Of a stretch of DNA of 64,000 bases, positions 13,540-27,147 are shown in pieces. The stretch covers positions 58,096,001 through 58,160,000 of the forward strand of contig NC_058368.1 of the NCBI RefSeq assembly GCF_018350175.1, given 5' to 3'. Positions within the stretch are counted from its first letter, which is position 1. Each line of letters opens with the position of its first letter. The translations under genes were made by a program, and so were the position numbers. A model generated the notes under the pieces. That model had not been told where the DNA came from, did not search any database, and saw only the letters and a program-made list of their open reading frames with translations. Origin of the DNA: Felis catus (lineage: Eukaryota).

Positions 13540-13937
13540 GTAATTCTTGCTTGTGGTCTAATAGATTTGCAGATAGATGCACAGTCATTTGAGGCTTGAA
13601 GAAGGACTGGAAGATTCACTCACATAGCTGGCAAACTGGTATTGATTTTGTCTAGTGTCTAGTTTCTCTCTATTTGCACCTCTCAGGATATTTGTGTGTT
13701 TGTTTGTTTGTTTTAACTGAATGGTGGTTGACATTCTCCAGGACAAGTGATCCAAGAGACCAAGATGGAAATGATAATGTCTTTTATGATGTAGTCTAAG
13801 AGGTCATTTTTCATTACTGCTTCAGTAACCGATTCATTATACAGGGACAGCCCTGTATTTTGCAGAAGACTATGTTAAGTGCATGAATATATCATTAGCC
13901 CAGGACCATTCAGGCCTGTGTAGAAACCGGCTAATGA
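13540..13937 (-). mobile_element. MaLR LTR (MLT1-type)
   Basis: cactcacatagctggcaaactgg ... caagtgatccaagagaccaagatggaa ... tagaaaccggcta. Confidence 0.65.
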
Positions 13938-14546
13938 AAATATGGTAATTTCACTAAAAATACCATATAATTCTATATCTATAATAAAATATGTTTTAAA
14001 GCTTAATTGCAATGAGTCTTTACCTTCAAAATTTAGATTTCAAAAAAACAAAAACTAGTATAGATCAGAGGATGCAGTTTGTGAAATCATATTTCTGATA
14101 ACAAAAATAATTAATACATATATAATAACATGTGACTGACACAACAGTTGTGCAGGTTTCTTAATTTATACTAGGAAATTCACTAACAATAATGAATATG
14201 CATAAATTCCAAATTCCAAAAACATATTATTGAATGTCTAGTATGTTCTACACTCTGAATTACATCACTTTCAGGAAAAAAAAAAGGACAAAGTTTTATT
14301 TCTTTGTTAAAATAACTGGTTATGAACAAGCATACAAAATTATAACATGCAAAATAGAATCCCCCCTCCATATCATTGTTGACCCCATTTAGATTTTATG
14401 TTGCTGATTACAGAATAGATATTATTTCCATGAAATTATCATATATCCATACACAAATAAAATAGAAAAACAACATATGCAATGCTAAATACCCAAGAAA
14501 ATTTATTACATGAGGATTAGATTATTCTTTTAAAATGATGACTTTT

Positions 14547-14838
14547 AGACAGATACCATATGGTTTCACTCTTATGTGGATCCTGAGAAACTTAACAGAA
14601 ACCCATGGGGGAGGGGAAGGAAAAAAAAAAAAGAAATTAGAGTGGAAGAGAGCCAAAGCATAAGACACTCTTAAAAACTGAGAACAAACTGAGGGTTGAT
14701 GGGGGGTGGGAGGGAGAGGAGGGTGGGTGATGGGTATTGAGGAGGGCACCTTTTGGGATGAGCACTGGGTGTTGTATGGAAGCCAATCTGACAATAAATT
14801 TAATATATTGGAAAAAAATAAAAACTCATCCACATAAA
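14547..14838 (+). mobile_element. Feline L1 3' end, 5'-truncated (~290 bp)
   Basis: ctcttaaaaactgagaacaaactgagggttgatggggggtggga feline L1 3' UTR; TSD aaaatgatgactttta at 14532-14547 and 14839-14854. Confidence 0.92.
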
Positions 14839-15785
14839 AAAATGATGACTTTTATATCATGGCTTTAAACATAATAGAGATTATTTTTTCCATAACATCT
14901 GGTCCCAGATGTCTCAAAAATCCACTAGGATATGGTTATGAAAACATCATTCAGATTTTTATTCTGTGTTCCCTTGTTTATCAAAATTGTTTATTTAAAA
15001 ATATGTGTGGCCAAATATTACAAGAGTACCTAGTTTGGAAATTTAAAAAATAATCACAATATAATGTTGTTGATAAAATCCACATTATTATTCAGTACTG
15101 AATTACAGAGAAATTTATATTCAAAGTTTCAGGTGACAATAGCACACTTAAATAGTAATGGCTGTGGCAAAGACTCATAATTATGTAACTGGTGTATAAA
15201 GAATATTTTATTAAGTTCTTCCTTTAGCAATAATCTATGCAGAGCCTCCTCTAGGGAGGACCAGCTTCTATTCTGAAAGTTTAAGTTTAATTGTTAATTA
15301 TCATATACAATCCTCTGTAATAATGCTAATTAGTTTCTCAGTGGCTGTACAACTATCCTCAGAACTGTCACCTTGCCAGTTGACAAGAAAGACTGTGATA
15401 TTTTTAATGTTCTATGAGTGCATTACTGCAGAAGACATAGTGAAGACAAAGACTGTTGAATGGCAATTGGTAATTTGGAACCAGACGATCTTTTCACTTC
15501 TGCTCCATTAAAATCCTCAATACTGTTTAATTAAAATTAAATTTAATAAAAATTTTGGAAATGCCTCTGTAAAAAAGTATTCAGTACTCTATTATAATTT
15601 TGTATTATATTACACTTTATTATTTAACTGCTTACTTTTCACATTTGTTTTATTTTTGTAAATTTTTATTTTAATCACCCAGTGAGCATCACAAGTACAC
15701 TTAATCCCCATCACTTATCACCCATTCCCCTATTCACCTGGTAGCCATTATTTTTTTCTCTATAGTTAAGAGTCTGTTTCTTGGT

Positions 15786-15788
<3 letters not shown>

Positions 15789-15835
<47 letters not shown>
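15789..15835. repeat. (CT)n microsatellite within the L1 3' UTR
   Basis: Directly visible. Confidence 0.95.
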
Positions 15836-15840
<5 letters not shown>

Positions 15841-15999
15841 TCTTTTGCTCATTTGTTTAGTTTCTTACATTTCACATTTGAGTGAAATCATATGATATTT
15901 GTCTCTGACTTATTTTGTTTAGCTTTATACTCTCCAGATCAATCCATGTCAATTGCAAATGGCAAGATATCATTCTTTTTTATGGTTGAATAATATTCA

Positions 16000-16087
16000 C
16001 ATATATGTATGTATACACACATTATATATATTATATATATAATTATATATTATATATAATTATACATACATATATATATATATATAA
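16000..16087. repeat. (TA)n-rich microsatellite within L1
   Basis: Directly visible. Confidence 0.9.
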
Positions 16088-19076
16088 TCTTCTTTATCCA
16101 TTCATCTATTGATGGACACGGGTTGTTTCCATAATTTGGCTATTATAGATAATGCTGTAATAAACATGGGATGTATGGATCTCTTTGAATTAGTTATTTT
16201 GTATTTTGGGGGTAAATAGTAGTGCAATTCCTGGATTGTAGGGTGATTCTATTCTTAACTTGTTTTGATAAATCTTCATACTGTTTTCCACAGTGGCTAA
16301 GTCAGTTTGCATTGTGTGCAAGAGTGTTACTTTTTCTCCACATCCTGACCAACACTTTTTTCTGGTATTTTTGTTTTTAGCCATTCTGACAGGGGTGAAA
16401 TGATATCCCATTGGAATTTTGATTTGCATTTCCCTAATGATGAGTGATGCTGAGCATCTTTTCATGTGTCTGTTGGCCACCTGTATGTCTTCTTTAGAGA
16501 AATGTCTATTCATGTCTTCTGCTTATTTTTAATTGAATTATTTGTTTTTTGGATGTTGAGTTTTATAAGTTATGTATTTTGGATACTAACTCTTTATCAA
16601 ATATGCCATTTGCAAATATCTTCTCCCATTCTGTAGGTTGCTTTTTAGTTTTGTTGATTGTTTCTTTCACTGTGCAGAAGCTTTTATTTTGATGTAGTAC
16701 AGATAGCTTATTTTTGCTTAGTTTCCCTTGTCTCAGGGGACTTACCTAGGAAAAAAAAAAAACTTGCTCTAGCTGATTCCAGAGAAATTACTGCCTGTGC
16801 TCACTCTTAGGACTTTTATGGTTATAGGGCTCATATTTAGGTCTTTTATTCTTTGAGCTTATTTTTGTGTATGGTTTAAGAAGGTGATCCAGTTTCATTC
16901 TTTTGTATGTTGCTGTCCAGTTTTCCTAACCATTTGTTGAAGAAACTGTCTTTTCACATTGGATATTCTTTCTGCTTTGTCAAAGATTAATTGGCCATAC
17001 AACTGTAGGTTTATTTCTGGATTTTCTATTATTTTCTATTGATCTATATTCCTATTTTTGTGCCAGTCATACTGTTTTGATCACTACAGCTTTGTGATAT
17101 AAATTGAAATCCAGAATTGTGATGCCTCCAGTTTTGCCTTTTTCTTTTTCAAGATTGCGTTGGCTATTCAGAGTACTCTGTGGTTCTATACAAATTTTAG
17201 GATTGTTTATGTAGTTCTGGAATTCTGTGAAAAATGCCAGTGGTATTTTGATAGGGATTCCATTAAATGTGTAGATTTCTTTGGGTATTATAAACATTTT
17301 AACAATATTTGTTCCTCCAATCTATGAGCATGGAATGTCTTTCCATTTTTTTTTGTCACTTTCAAATTCTTTTATCAGTGTTTTATAGTTTTCAGAGTAC
17401 AGGTCTTTCAGCTCTTGTTTAGGTTTATTCCAAGGTACCTTATTATTTTGAGTGCAGTTGTAAATAGGACTGTTTTCTTAATTTTTCTTTCTGCTGCTTC
17501 ACTATTGGTATATAGAAATGCAACAGATTTCTGTACATTGATTTTGTATCCTTTAACTTTACTAAATTGTTCATAAGTTCTAGCAGCTTTTCTTCTCTTT
17601 TCTTTTGCTTTTTTTGGCAGTCTTTCAAGTTTTCTATGTATATAGGATTATGTTATCTATGAATAATGAAAATTTTACTTCTTTCTTACTAGTGTGGATT
17701 TTTTCTTTTCTTGTCTGATTTCTTAGGATAGAACTTCCAGTACTATTTTTAATAAAAGTGGTGAAAGTGGACTTCCTTGTCTTGTTCCTGACCTTAGGGA
17801 AAGGGCTCTCAGTTTTTCACCGTTGAGGATGAAGTTAGCACTGGGGTTTTCACATATGGCCTTTATCATGTGGAAGTATGTTCCCTCTAAAATGATTTTG
17901 TTGTAGGTTTTGATTATGATAGATGTTACACTTTGTCAAATGTTTGTCCTGCATCTATTGAAATGGTCATATGGTTCTTATCTTTTCTCTTACTGATGTG
18001 TTATATCACACTGATTGATTTGAGAATATTGTACCACCCAACCAAGGAATAAATCCCACTTGATCGTGGTGAATGATTTTTTAAATGTATTGTTGGATTT
18101 GCTTTTGTTTTTGTTTTTGGTATTTTGTTGATAGTTTTTGCATTTATGTTCATCAGAGATATTGGTGTGTAGTTCTCCTGTCTTTATCTGGTTTTGGTTT
18201 CAGGGTAATGCTGGCTTCATAGAATGAATTTGGAAGTTTTTCTTCCTTTTCTATTATTTGGAATAGTTTGAAAATAATAGGTCTTCACTCTTTTTTTTTA
18301 ATACTTGATAGAATTCACCTGTGAAACCATCTGATCGTGAATTTTGTTGGTTGGGAGTTGTGTGATTACTGGTTAAATTTCTTTGCTGGTTATCCATATG
18401 TTCAAATATTCTATTTCTTCCTGTTTAATTTTTGGTAGTTTTTATGTTTCTGGGAATTTGTCCCTTTCTTCCAGGGATAGGGAATGTCCAATGTGCTAGC
18501 ATATGGTTTTTCATAATATTCTCTTAATTTTTTATATTTCTGTAGTGTTGGTTATTTCTCCTGTCTCATTTGTGATTCTATTTCTTTGAGTCCTTTCTCT
18601 TCTTGATAAGACTGGCTAGATGTTTATCAGTTTTATTGATTTTTTTTAAACAAGCAATTCCTCGTGTGATTTATCTGTTCTTTTGTATATTAGTTTCTGT
18701 ATCATTTACTTCTGCTCTAATTCTTATTATTTCTTTCTTTCTGCTGATTTTAGGGGTTTTGTTGTTGTTGTTGTTCTTTTTCTAGCTCCTTTAGGTATAG
18801 TGCTAGATTTTTTACTTGAGAATTTTCTTGCTTCTTGCAGTTGGCCTGTATTGCTATAAACTTCCACTTACAACTGTTTTTGCTGCATCCCCCAACCATT
18901 GTTTTCATTTTCACTTATTTCCAAGTACTTTTTTATTTCTTTTTTTATTTTGTACTTGACCTATCCATTGTTTAGTAGCATGCTATTTAACTTCCAAGCA
19001 TTTGTGATCTTCCCAGAATTTTTCTTTTGGTTGACTTCTAGTTTCATAATGTTGTGTTCAGAAAAGATGCATAGTA

Positions 19077-19321
19077 GGGGCGCCTGGGTGGTTCAGTCGG
19101 CTAAGCATCTGACTTCGGCTCAGGTCACGATCTCACCACTTGTGAGTTCGAGCTTTACATCAGGTTCTGTGCTGACAGCTTGGAGCCTGGAACCTGCTTC
19201 GGATTCTGTATCTCCCTCTCTCTCTGCCCTTCCCCTACTTGCATTCTCTCTCTCTCTCTCTCTCTCTCAAATAAATGTTAAAAAAATTAACGAAATAAAA
19301 TAAAATAAAATAAAATAAAAT
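19077..19321 (+). mobile_element. CanSINE inserted in L1 ORF2
   Basis: ggggcgcctgggtggttcagtcgg head; (TAAAA)n tail; TSD aaaa(g/t)atgcatagta at 19062-19076 and 19322-19336. Confidence 0.95.
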
Positions 19322-20198
19322 AAAATATGCATAGTATGACTTCAATCTTTTTTAATTTGTTGAGGTTTGTTTTGTGGGCTAATATGTGATCTATTCTGGA
19401 TAATGTTCCCTATGCACTTGAAAAGAACATGTATTCTGATACTTTAGGATGGAATTTCCTAAATATACATGTGAAATCCATTTGGTCAAGTGCATTATTC
19501 AAAGCCATTGTTTTTTTGTTGGTTTTCTGTTTATATGATCTGTCTGTCCATTGATGTAGTAGGGTGATATAATACCCTACTATTATTTGTATTATTATCA
19601 ATTAGTTCCTTAATGTTCTGTATTAATTGTTTTACGTGTTTTGGTATTCTCAGGTTAGGTGCATAAATATTTACAATTGTTTTATCTTATTTTTCGATTG
19701 CCCTTTTGTTATTGTTCACCACGTGAACAAAGGCCTTGCAAAACTCCTGGGCCAGGAGACACAGTGTCAGCTAGTGTCAGCAAGGGTTTGGGCAGGTCTT
19801 CTGGGAGATGGAGCCCACCAAGTTGGGACTGAGTCAAACATTACTGGGAAGGGCAAATCCACCAGAGCATAGGGGGTGAGGTGTGGTGGGACTTGATGTA
19901 AGCAATTTAGGTGGCAAGTGTCCATGCCATGCTGGCTTTAACAGGTGGTTCTGCATTTATGCTGAAGTTAGAGGGGGAAAATGGTGCCTGCCAGTTCCTT
20001 TATTCCTGGAGGGGTCTCTCTGTGATTGATGCCTCTCTGGGACATGCTCTTAGATGAGCAGCTAACCTCCCCATCACCAGATTGCTGTTTCAATGCTATG
20101 TCTTCAGTATGTTTGCCCTGCCTTTTCTCCAAGAGCAGCCTCAATACCTTCTGAGCTTTTTCACAGCCAAGCACTCTGATCTTTACGACTCCAGACTT

Positions 20199-20418
20199 GG
20201 GGCACCTGGGTGTCTCAGTTGGTTAAGCATCTCTTGATTTTAGCTCAGTTCATGATTTCTGGGTTTCTGAAACTAAGCCCTGCATCAGGCTCCACACTGA
20301 CAGTGCAGAGCCTGCTGGGGATTCTATCTCCTTCTCTCTATGACCCTATTCTGTTTGCATGTGCACTCTCTCTCTCAAAATAAACAAATAAACTTAAAAA
20401 AAAAAAACCAAACTATGA
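20199..20418 (+). mobile_element. CanSINE inserted in L1 5' UTR
   Basis: ggggcacctgggtgtctcagttgg head; TSD actccagac on both sides. Confidence 0.92.
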
Positions 20419-21699
20419 AACTCCAGACCTTAAGCCCTGTTGGTTTCAAGAATTTGAAATCAGACTGCTCCCAAGCCAATTGCTATGGGGATTCCTCCTC
20501 ACTGTGTGGGCTCCTCTGTGTGTTAGTCTGTCTCTTGTCCTTCTCTGTGACTGTAGCTCCCTCCCCACAGCTGCCGTGATAGGTTCTATCCCAAACCATA
20601 TCTCTGCATTTCTTACCTTCTTCAATGTGCTCTCTTCCCTACTTTTAGTTGTGGAGTTTGTTCTGCCAGTCTTCAGGTGAATTTCTGGGATATTCAGGAT
20701 GATTTCAAAGCTATCTAGTTGTATTCTTGTGACAAGATGAGCCTATCGTCCTCCTACTCTGCTGCCACCTTCCCTCCAAACTCCTTACTTTTCACATTTT
20801 AAACATGGCTTGCATTTATTTTTCAAGAAATTTACCTTATAAGAAAAGTCTAAGCCTAATACTTTTATATACTTTTATATAATGTGAATATAAAAATGCT
20901 TATTGTTTATTAGAAACAAAATAGATTTAAAAATTGATAAATTATTTTATAATTATATATTAAATCACAAGAAAGTTAAGGGCAAGTTACATAGACATCT
21001 AAACTGACGTAACTTTCAGAATTTATGTTTTTAATAATTTTATGCTTAGCCTAGAACTATAATTCAAACACAATATAATATTGATTAGGATGATAATGAA
21101 TAATTGAATTAAATGATGATAAGGAACCAAATAAATGTTCAGATGCTAGATACTGCACTATTAAACTGAAATCTAATTCACTTGGACTTTGTTGGGACAC
21201 AAATAATGGGCTAGATATGTAGTAATCCTGTACATTCTAGGCCAAAGAGGTGAGCCTGAAGTTAAATGACAATGTGTTTCAATTAAAAAATTGCTCCTCT
21301 TTCAATTCTACCATCCATATGTCCTGGAATCAATTAGGAATAGAGAGAGACACTCCAGCTATGATAATTTAATTTATAGTTCAGCTACCACTGGACACCT
21401 AATGTTTGCTAAGTATGGACACTATCTGTTTCTTTTCATATAAGCATATGAACATCTATTTAAGTGGTAAATTGAGGATAGTCCAAAAAATTTAGAAGTA
21501 TTAAAGCTGGGAAATAATATAGTCAGATTGTTTTAATTTACAATAGACAAAATTGGAAACTCCATTTGTGTCAAAATTTCATGAGATATGGCCCAGTGTT
21601 GATAGATATACAGCTGGAAATCTCCTAAATTATGTTCTCCTATATTTCATAAATCCAAATCCTTTCCTAAAAATGATCTTCATTAGGGTACCATTTAAA

Positions 21700-23293
21700 T
21701 TTATTAAAATTCACCAACTTCTTTAGGGTTGACAAATATATACTTCATACTATATGACAAATATAATATTTCCATAACCTTAGAAAGTTCTTTAATATAC
21801 CCTGAGAGTTAATTTGCCATCTACCAACCAGGGGCATCCATTGATCTGCTTATCATAATAATATTTTTACATTATGTATATTCTATAGTATATAATCTTT
21901 TTGTTTAACTTCTCTCGCTTGTCATAATTAGAGATTTATCCACACTGATATTATTGTATGTACGGATTTATATTTTTGTTATTTTTGGAAAGCATTTAGC
22001 CATTATTTATTTTAATTTTTTGGCTCCTCAGTTTACAATACGAGAGCCTGTATGATATTGTCACATAAGTCACTGAAGCTCTTGTGTTTTCAAACTTACT
22101 TCTGTGCTCTCTTTTCAAGTTTACTGTTATTTTCATTTGGCATGTTCTAATATGTTTTTCATTTCATCTATTATGTTTTTTGCAAATATTTTATTTTTCT
22201 TCTCCAGAATTTCAATTTGCTTTAAAAAAATTTTTTTAATGCTTATTTATTTTAGACAGAGAGAGACACAGAGCACGAGCAAGGAAGAGCCAGAGAGAGA
22301 GAGAGACACAGAATCCGAAGCAGGCTCTAGGCTCTGAGCTGTCAGCACAGAGCCCGACGCAGGGCTCAAACCCATGAACCACTAGATCATGACCTGAGCG
22401 GGAAGTCGGACACTCAACTGACTGAGCCACCTAGGAGTCCCCCAATTTGATTTTTAATAAATTTTCTTTATCAAAGCCAGTTTTTCTAACATATTAAACA
22501 TATAAGGAATATTTATAATATCTGCTTTAACATCCTTGTCAGTTATATCATTGCTTCATTTTTAGGTTTCTAATGATTTTTCTTTATTTTTTTCTTGATC
22601 ATGGGTCATATTATCCTGTTGCTTTGTGTGCCTGATAGTTCTATATTGGATGCCAGGAATTGTCAATTTTATATTGTTCAGATGCTAAATTTTGTTTCAT
22701 TCCTTCAAATAACATCAGACATACAATACAAAGTTATTTGACTGCTTTTTTGCATGATTGGTTTTTAGGTTTTATTACAGTGAAGTCTTAGAATTCTTAG
22801 CTTAAAGTTTTAGCTTAAAGGTATTTTAGTCCCACTACTAAGCTTAGACACATTTGACGGTATATAGCTAACGCCCTTTGTATTACAAACTCTCTCTGTT
22901 TGAACTGTGAAAGCACAGCCTCTTAAAAGACCTGTGAAAATCTAGGAATTATTTGGCTTACTACTTTCCTTTGGTTTTATACCTGGTCTCAGGTAGTTTC
23001 CCCTTACACGTGCCCAGATGCATGCATCCACCTTGGCATTTCTGATGCTAATCTTTTTCCTCTTTCATTTATTGTCACTGTCCTTGTGTGTTGCATGGAA
23101 TCTACAGCTAGATGCTAAGCTTGAGCAGAGAGATCACATATGTTTTCTTTTTTTCATAGATTATTGCCATGTACTGTGTGTTGTCTAATATGTGACAACA
23201 TTGATTCATATTTTTCCCTGCTTAAGAAAAAAAATTAAGGCAAGAGTTTAAATCTTATCTCATTTATTCCATTATGGCTGGAAGTAGAAGTCA
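21700..23293 (-). mobile_element. Ancient L1ME-type relics (3' end, ORF1, 5' end)
   Basis: Ends ccattatggctggaagtagaagtc, the reverse complement of an L1ME-type 5' start; T-rich antisense ORF1 text. Confidence 0.55.
22224..22442 (-). mobile_element. CanSINE (felid type)
   Basis: T tail, GA tract, head gagccacctaggagtcccc; TSD caatttg(c/a)ttt. Confidence 0.93.
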
Positions 23294-23862
23294 AGTTAAT
23301 ATTAGGAATCTATTTATTTTCTAATTGCATAGTTCAACAATTCAAAAACAATATGTATAATTGTTATGCATCTAGTATCCTATCAATTTATGAAATGTGA
23401 TATTTTGGGTTATAGCATTCTTAGTGAACTTCATCTGATTTCTAAAAATCAGCATGTTCTTTAAAAAAGGATTTAAACGAGGCTATTTTAAACTTTTCTC
23501 AGATCTTGCTGGATAGTAAATATTATCTTTACTAATTTTTAATTTGATAAATTCACATGGTTTTCTCTTTTAAAAGATAGAATTGCAGTTGCTTACTATT
23601 GTTTGTATCACTATTATTTTCAGCAAGTATCTAAAAATTAATTGGATAGTGTGCCCATTTTATTTATATTTCCATTCATTATCTAGTAGGAATATTTTCT
23701 GCAGGGAACTATATTAAATTCATATTCAATATGAATATTTAATTGATATGTATGAATATTCAATTCATATGCATTAGTCATATGTTCTATCTAATCTTGT
23801 TATCTGATTTGCACTTAACATATTTCATAGTATTACTTGTTTTATCATATATAGGTCAATAA

Positions 23863-24062
23863 TTATTTTTCTAATGTTTATTTATATTTGAGAGAGAGAC
23901 AGAGAAAGTATGAGCAAGGGAGGGGCAGAGACAAAGGGGAACAGAGGATCCAAAATGGGCTCTATGCTGACAGCAGCAGGTCAGATGCAGAGCTCGAACT
24001 CAAGAACCTGTGAGATCATGACCTGAGCCAACCTTTAACCAACTGAGCCACCCAGGTGCCCC
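23863..24062 (-). mobile_element. CanSINE with an internal deletion
   Basis: TSD ataggtcaataa at 23851-23862 and 24063-24074. Confidence 0.93.
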
Positions 24063-24209
24063 ATAGGTCAATAAATACTCTTGAGAGCAAACACAGAATC
24101 AACACAAACAATGCATAATTCCCTATTCTCAATGTTATATGCTGCTATAATACCTTTTCCTAAAAGAGGTAATTTCTTTTTTTAAAAAATTATTTTTCTT
24201 TGAACATAT

Positions 24210-24583
24210 ACTTTTTAAAATTTTAATTAAAAAGTTTTTTTAAATTTACATCCAAGTTAGTTAGCATATAGTGCAAAAATGATTTCAGGGGTAGATTCCT
24301 TAATGCCCCTTACCCATTTAGCCCATCCCCCCTCCCACAACTCCTCCAGTAACCCTGTTTGTTCTCCATATTTAAGAGTCTGTTATGTTTTGTCCCCCTC
24401 ACTGTTTTTATATTATTTTGATTCCCTTCCTTGTGTTCATCTGTTCTGTGTCTTAAAGTCCTCATGAGTGAAGTCATATGATATTTATCTTTCTCTGACT
24501 GATTTCGCTTAACATAATATCCTCTAGTTCCATCCACGTAGTTGCAAATGGCAAGATTCCATTCTGATTGTTGAGTAACACTC

Positions 24584-24620
<37 letters not shown>

Positions 24621-24641
24621 ATCTTCTTTATCATTCATCCA
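24210..24641 (-). mobile_element. Feline/carnivore L1 3' end, with (TA)n at 24587-24617
   Basis: tttgttctccatatttaagagtc, gagtgaagtcatatgatattt, ccatccacgtagttgcaaatggcaag. Confidence 0.88.
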
Positions 24642-24764
24642 ATTTTAGACTGCAGATGCAGAGGCTTATTTATCTTACCATTAAGCTCACAATATATCAC
24701 ATTCACAGAATCAGGTAAAACCCTTTATGATTTTAATTTTTTTTTTCTATTTCATTGTTTCCCT

Positions 24765-24972
24765 TTTTCTTTTAAATGTTTATTTTTTTATTTTTGAGAG
24801 AGGGACAGAGCACAAGCAGGGGAAGGGTGGAGAGAGAGACACAGACTCTGAAGCAAGTACCAGGTCCTGAGCTGTCAGAGCAGACCCCAATGCAGGGCAC
24901 AAACCCACGAACCATGAAATCATGACCTGAGCCAAAGGTGGACGTTCAACCAACTGAGCCACCCAGGCACTT
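24765..24972 (-). mobile_element. CanSINE
   Basis: T tail, GA tract, head ctgagccacccaggcac. Confidence 0.92.
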
Positions 24973-27147
24973 CATTCTGATTTCCTTTTATTTTCACTCT
25001 ACCCCTCCAGGGCTTCTATAGACACTTACTCTGACATCTCTGACAAAGTTCCTTAAGTACGCATTTGTCTATGCTAAATACATTAATGGTGTTTTTGTTT
25101 CATAATTTTACTTTTGCATATTTGGTATTGTGTATTACATTTAAAGATATTTCTATGTTTCTCTATGGACATATATGATATTTTACTAGATGCTGATTAT
25201 TCCTTAGTGATGGTCACTATGTTACCACTGTGCTAACATATATAACATGGGATACTGCATACGTATACCTTTTTGGAGCAGGATTGGCTCATCAGGTCAA
25301 AGGGCACATCATAATTAGCTTAATTAAATATTTCAAAATTGTTTTCCAGATTGACTGTTCCAATTACTAACTTTCTAAGAGTTTGCTGTCTTCCTAAAAA
25401 TTCTATATTTCTTAACTGTTCATATCCAAAGCAACATTTTGATAATGTTTACAACTGTCTATATTTTGATTGATGGAATTATATATACCGATTTAATTTG
25501 CCTTCTGTATTACAGTGATTTGGACTATCTCTTTAAGTTGCTGCAGTTATTTCAGAGTTCATATTCTGTGATGTGAATATACTATTGGATTTCCTGAACT
25601 ATCCAATTAGAATTCTATTCAATTTATTCACTCAGTTTTCATTTCTGTGGTCAATATTTTTATTTAGTACTTCTTCAATCCTATTGTTATTACTTCGTTT
25701 CCAGTTTTATAGCATCATTCTGGGTTTTAAAATATGATTATGCATTTCTGTTCAATTGGTTTCCTCCATTTTTGTTTCATTGGTATATGTTATTTTATTT
25801 ATTTTACCACTTTCATTTTATGTCCTTCCTAATTGTCTTCTAAGTTTTCCCATGTGAACTCATCTTGATTTGCTTAATATCCTCCTTCCTGTAGCTATAG
25901 GTAGAGATAAAAATCTTAGTAAGACCCTAAAATGTGTTCTTCACATTAGTGGAGGAGGGGTGTAAATTTAAGATTTTAATGAGTCCCACCATTCCAAGCG
26001 AACCCTTCCTTGGATTACTTCCAAATCACTGCATCAAAGACCTTGTTCTTAATTTTAAGTGCTGCTATCCTTTTAATAATTCCCCATATCCTGGGTAGGG
26101 TAAGTGAATTTAGAGACCTACAGTACAGCCATCCTCAAACTTGTTTTTTCAGCCTAGTAATAGTCCAGCATCCCCTTAATATTACCTTACCTATTCACTT
26201 TATGGGGTTGCTGCCTTCTTGATATGAATGGATCTGGCAAGATTCTAGGATTATGAGATCTGGGCCAGTGGTGCATAATAATGAAATCATTTTTTATTTA
26301 TATATTGTGCTATCTCTTAGAGGGTTTAGGGTAGCATGAACATCCCCAGTGGCTTGAAAGTGTGAGTACAATCTGGGACAGATGTTCAGCTCTAACCTCA
26401 TAATGACTCTGTCATACCTTTAGCTTTGGGCTATCAGCGTCACATTAGACAGAAGGGAAACAATCCAGACTTTTCTCCCCCGAATATTCCTAACAATCTG
26501 ATCTCCTAGTCCTCTGCAGTTGTAAGGTTCCATTTCTTCCAACAACTGTTATTCTGTTTCCCATTATTTGGATCTGAATTTCATCAGAGTTAAAATAGTT
26601 GTTTTGTTTTTTGTTTTTTGTTTTTTTTTTTTTTTCATTTCTAGGTTTTTAGTCAGCAATTGGACTGACTAGCTAGTTCCTATTTGCTATTTCTCTTATT
26701 GCACTAAACATTTCCATTCTAAATTAACCAATAAATAACTCAAAACTTTGGCCTTTACCAGCCAATGCTAAGAATTAAATAATAGTCTTAAAAATCTAAA
26801 TCAGTTATACCTGATGGGCCACTACATTGGTCATTAATTTTATTTTCTTCCACTCAAACTCAGGAACTGATGGGCCTTGGAGTTATTATATACTGTCAGG
26901 TCATGCTTAAATTTTCTCAGAGATAAATTTCTCACATAGTTCTTGTCTTTTGATTAAATGTGTAGGGCTAAACTTTTATCCTTTTCCTTAAGTTCTCTTT
27001 TATTTCCCTTGAAAATTGTATTTTACTCAGCACAATATTTTTATCTCAAGTCAACTAGAATGATTTTTTATGGAATATGTTTACATTCTCTCTCTGTTTA
27101 AAAAAATGCCTCATATCTGTTATACAATTTACATGGTTAAGAAATCA

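Larger units (their letters stand above)
15647..20783 (-). mobile_element. Carnivore L1 with 5' UTR, most of ORF2 and 3' UTR but no ORF1; contains two SINE inserts
   Basis: ORF2 relic ORFs ([33 protein letters not shown]); 5' start gggaaggtggcagcagagtaggagg on the minus strand; 16-bp TSD cttacttttcacattt at 15631-15646 and 20784-20799. Confidence 0.92.

Noticed and set aside
16190..19601. L1 ORF2-like ORFs as an active reverse transcriptase
   Set aside because: Fragmented by stops, frameshifts and a SINE insertion, and ORF1 is absent.
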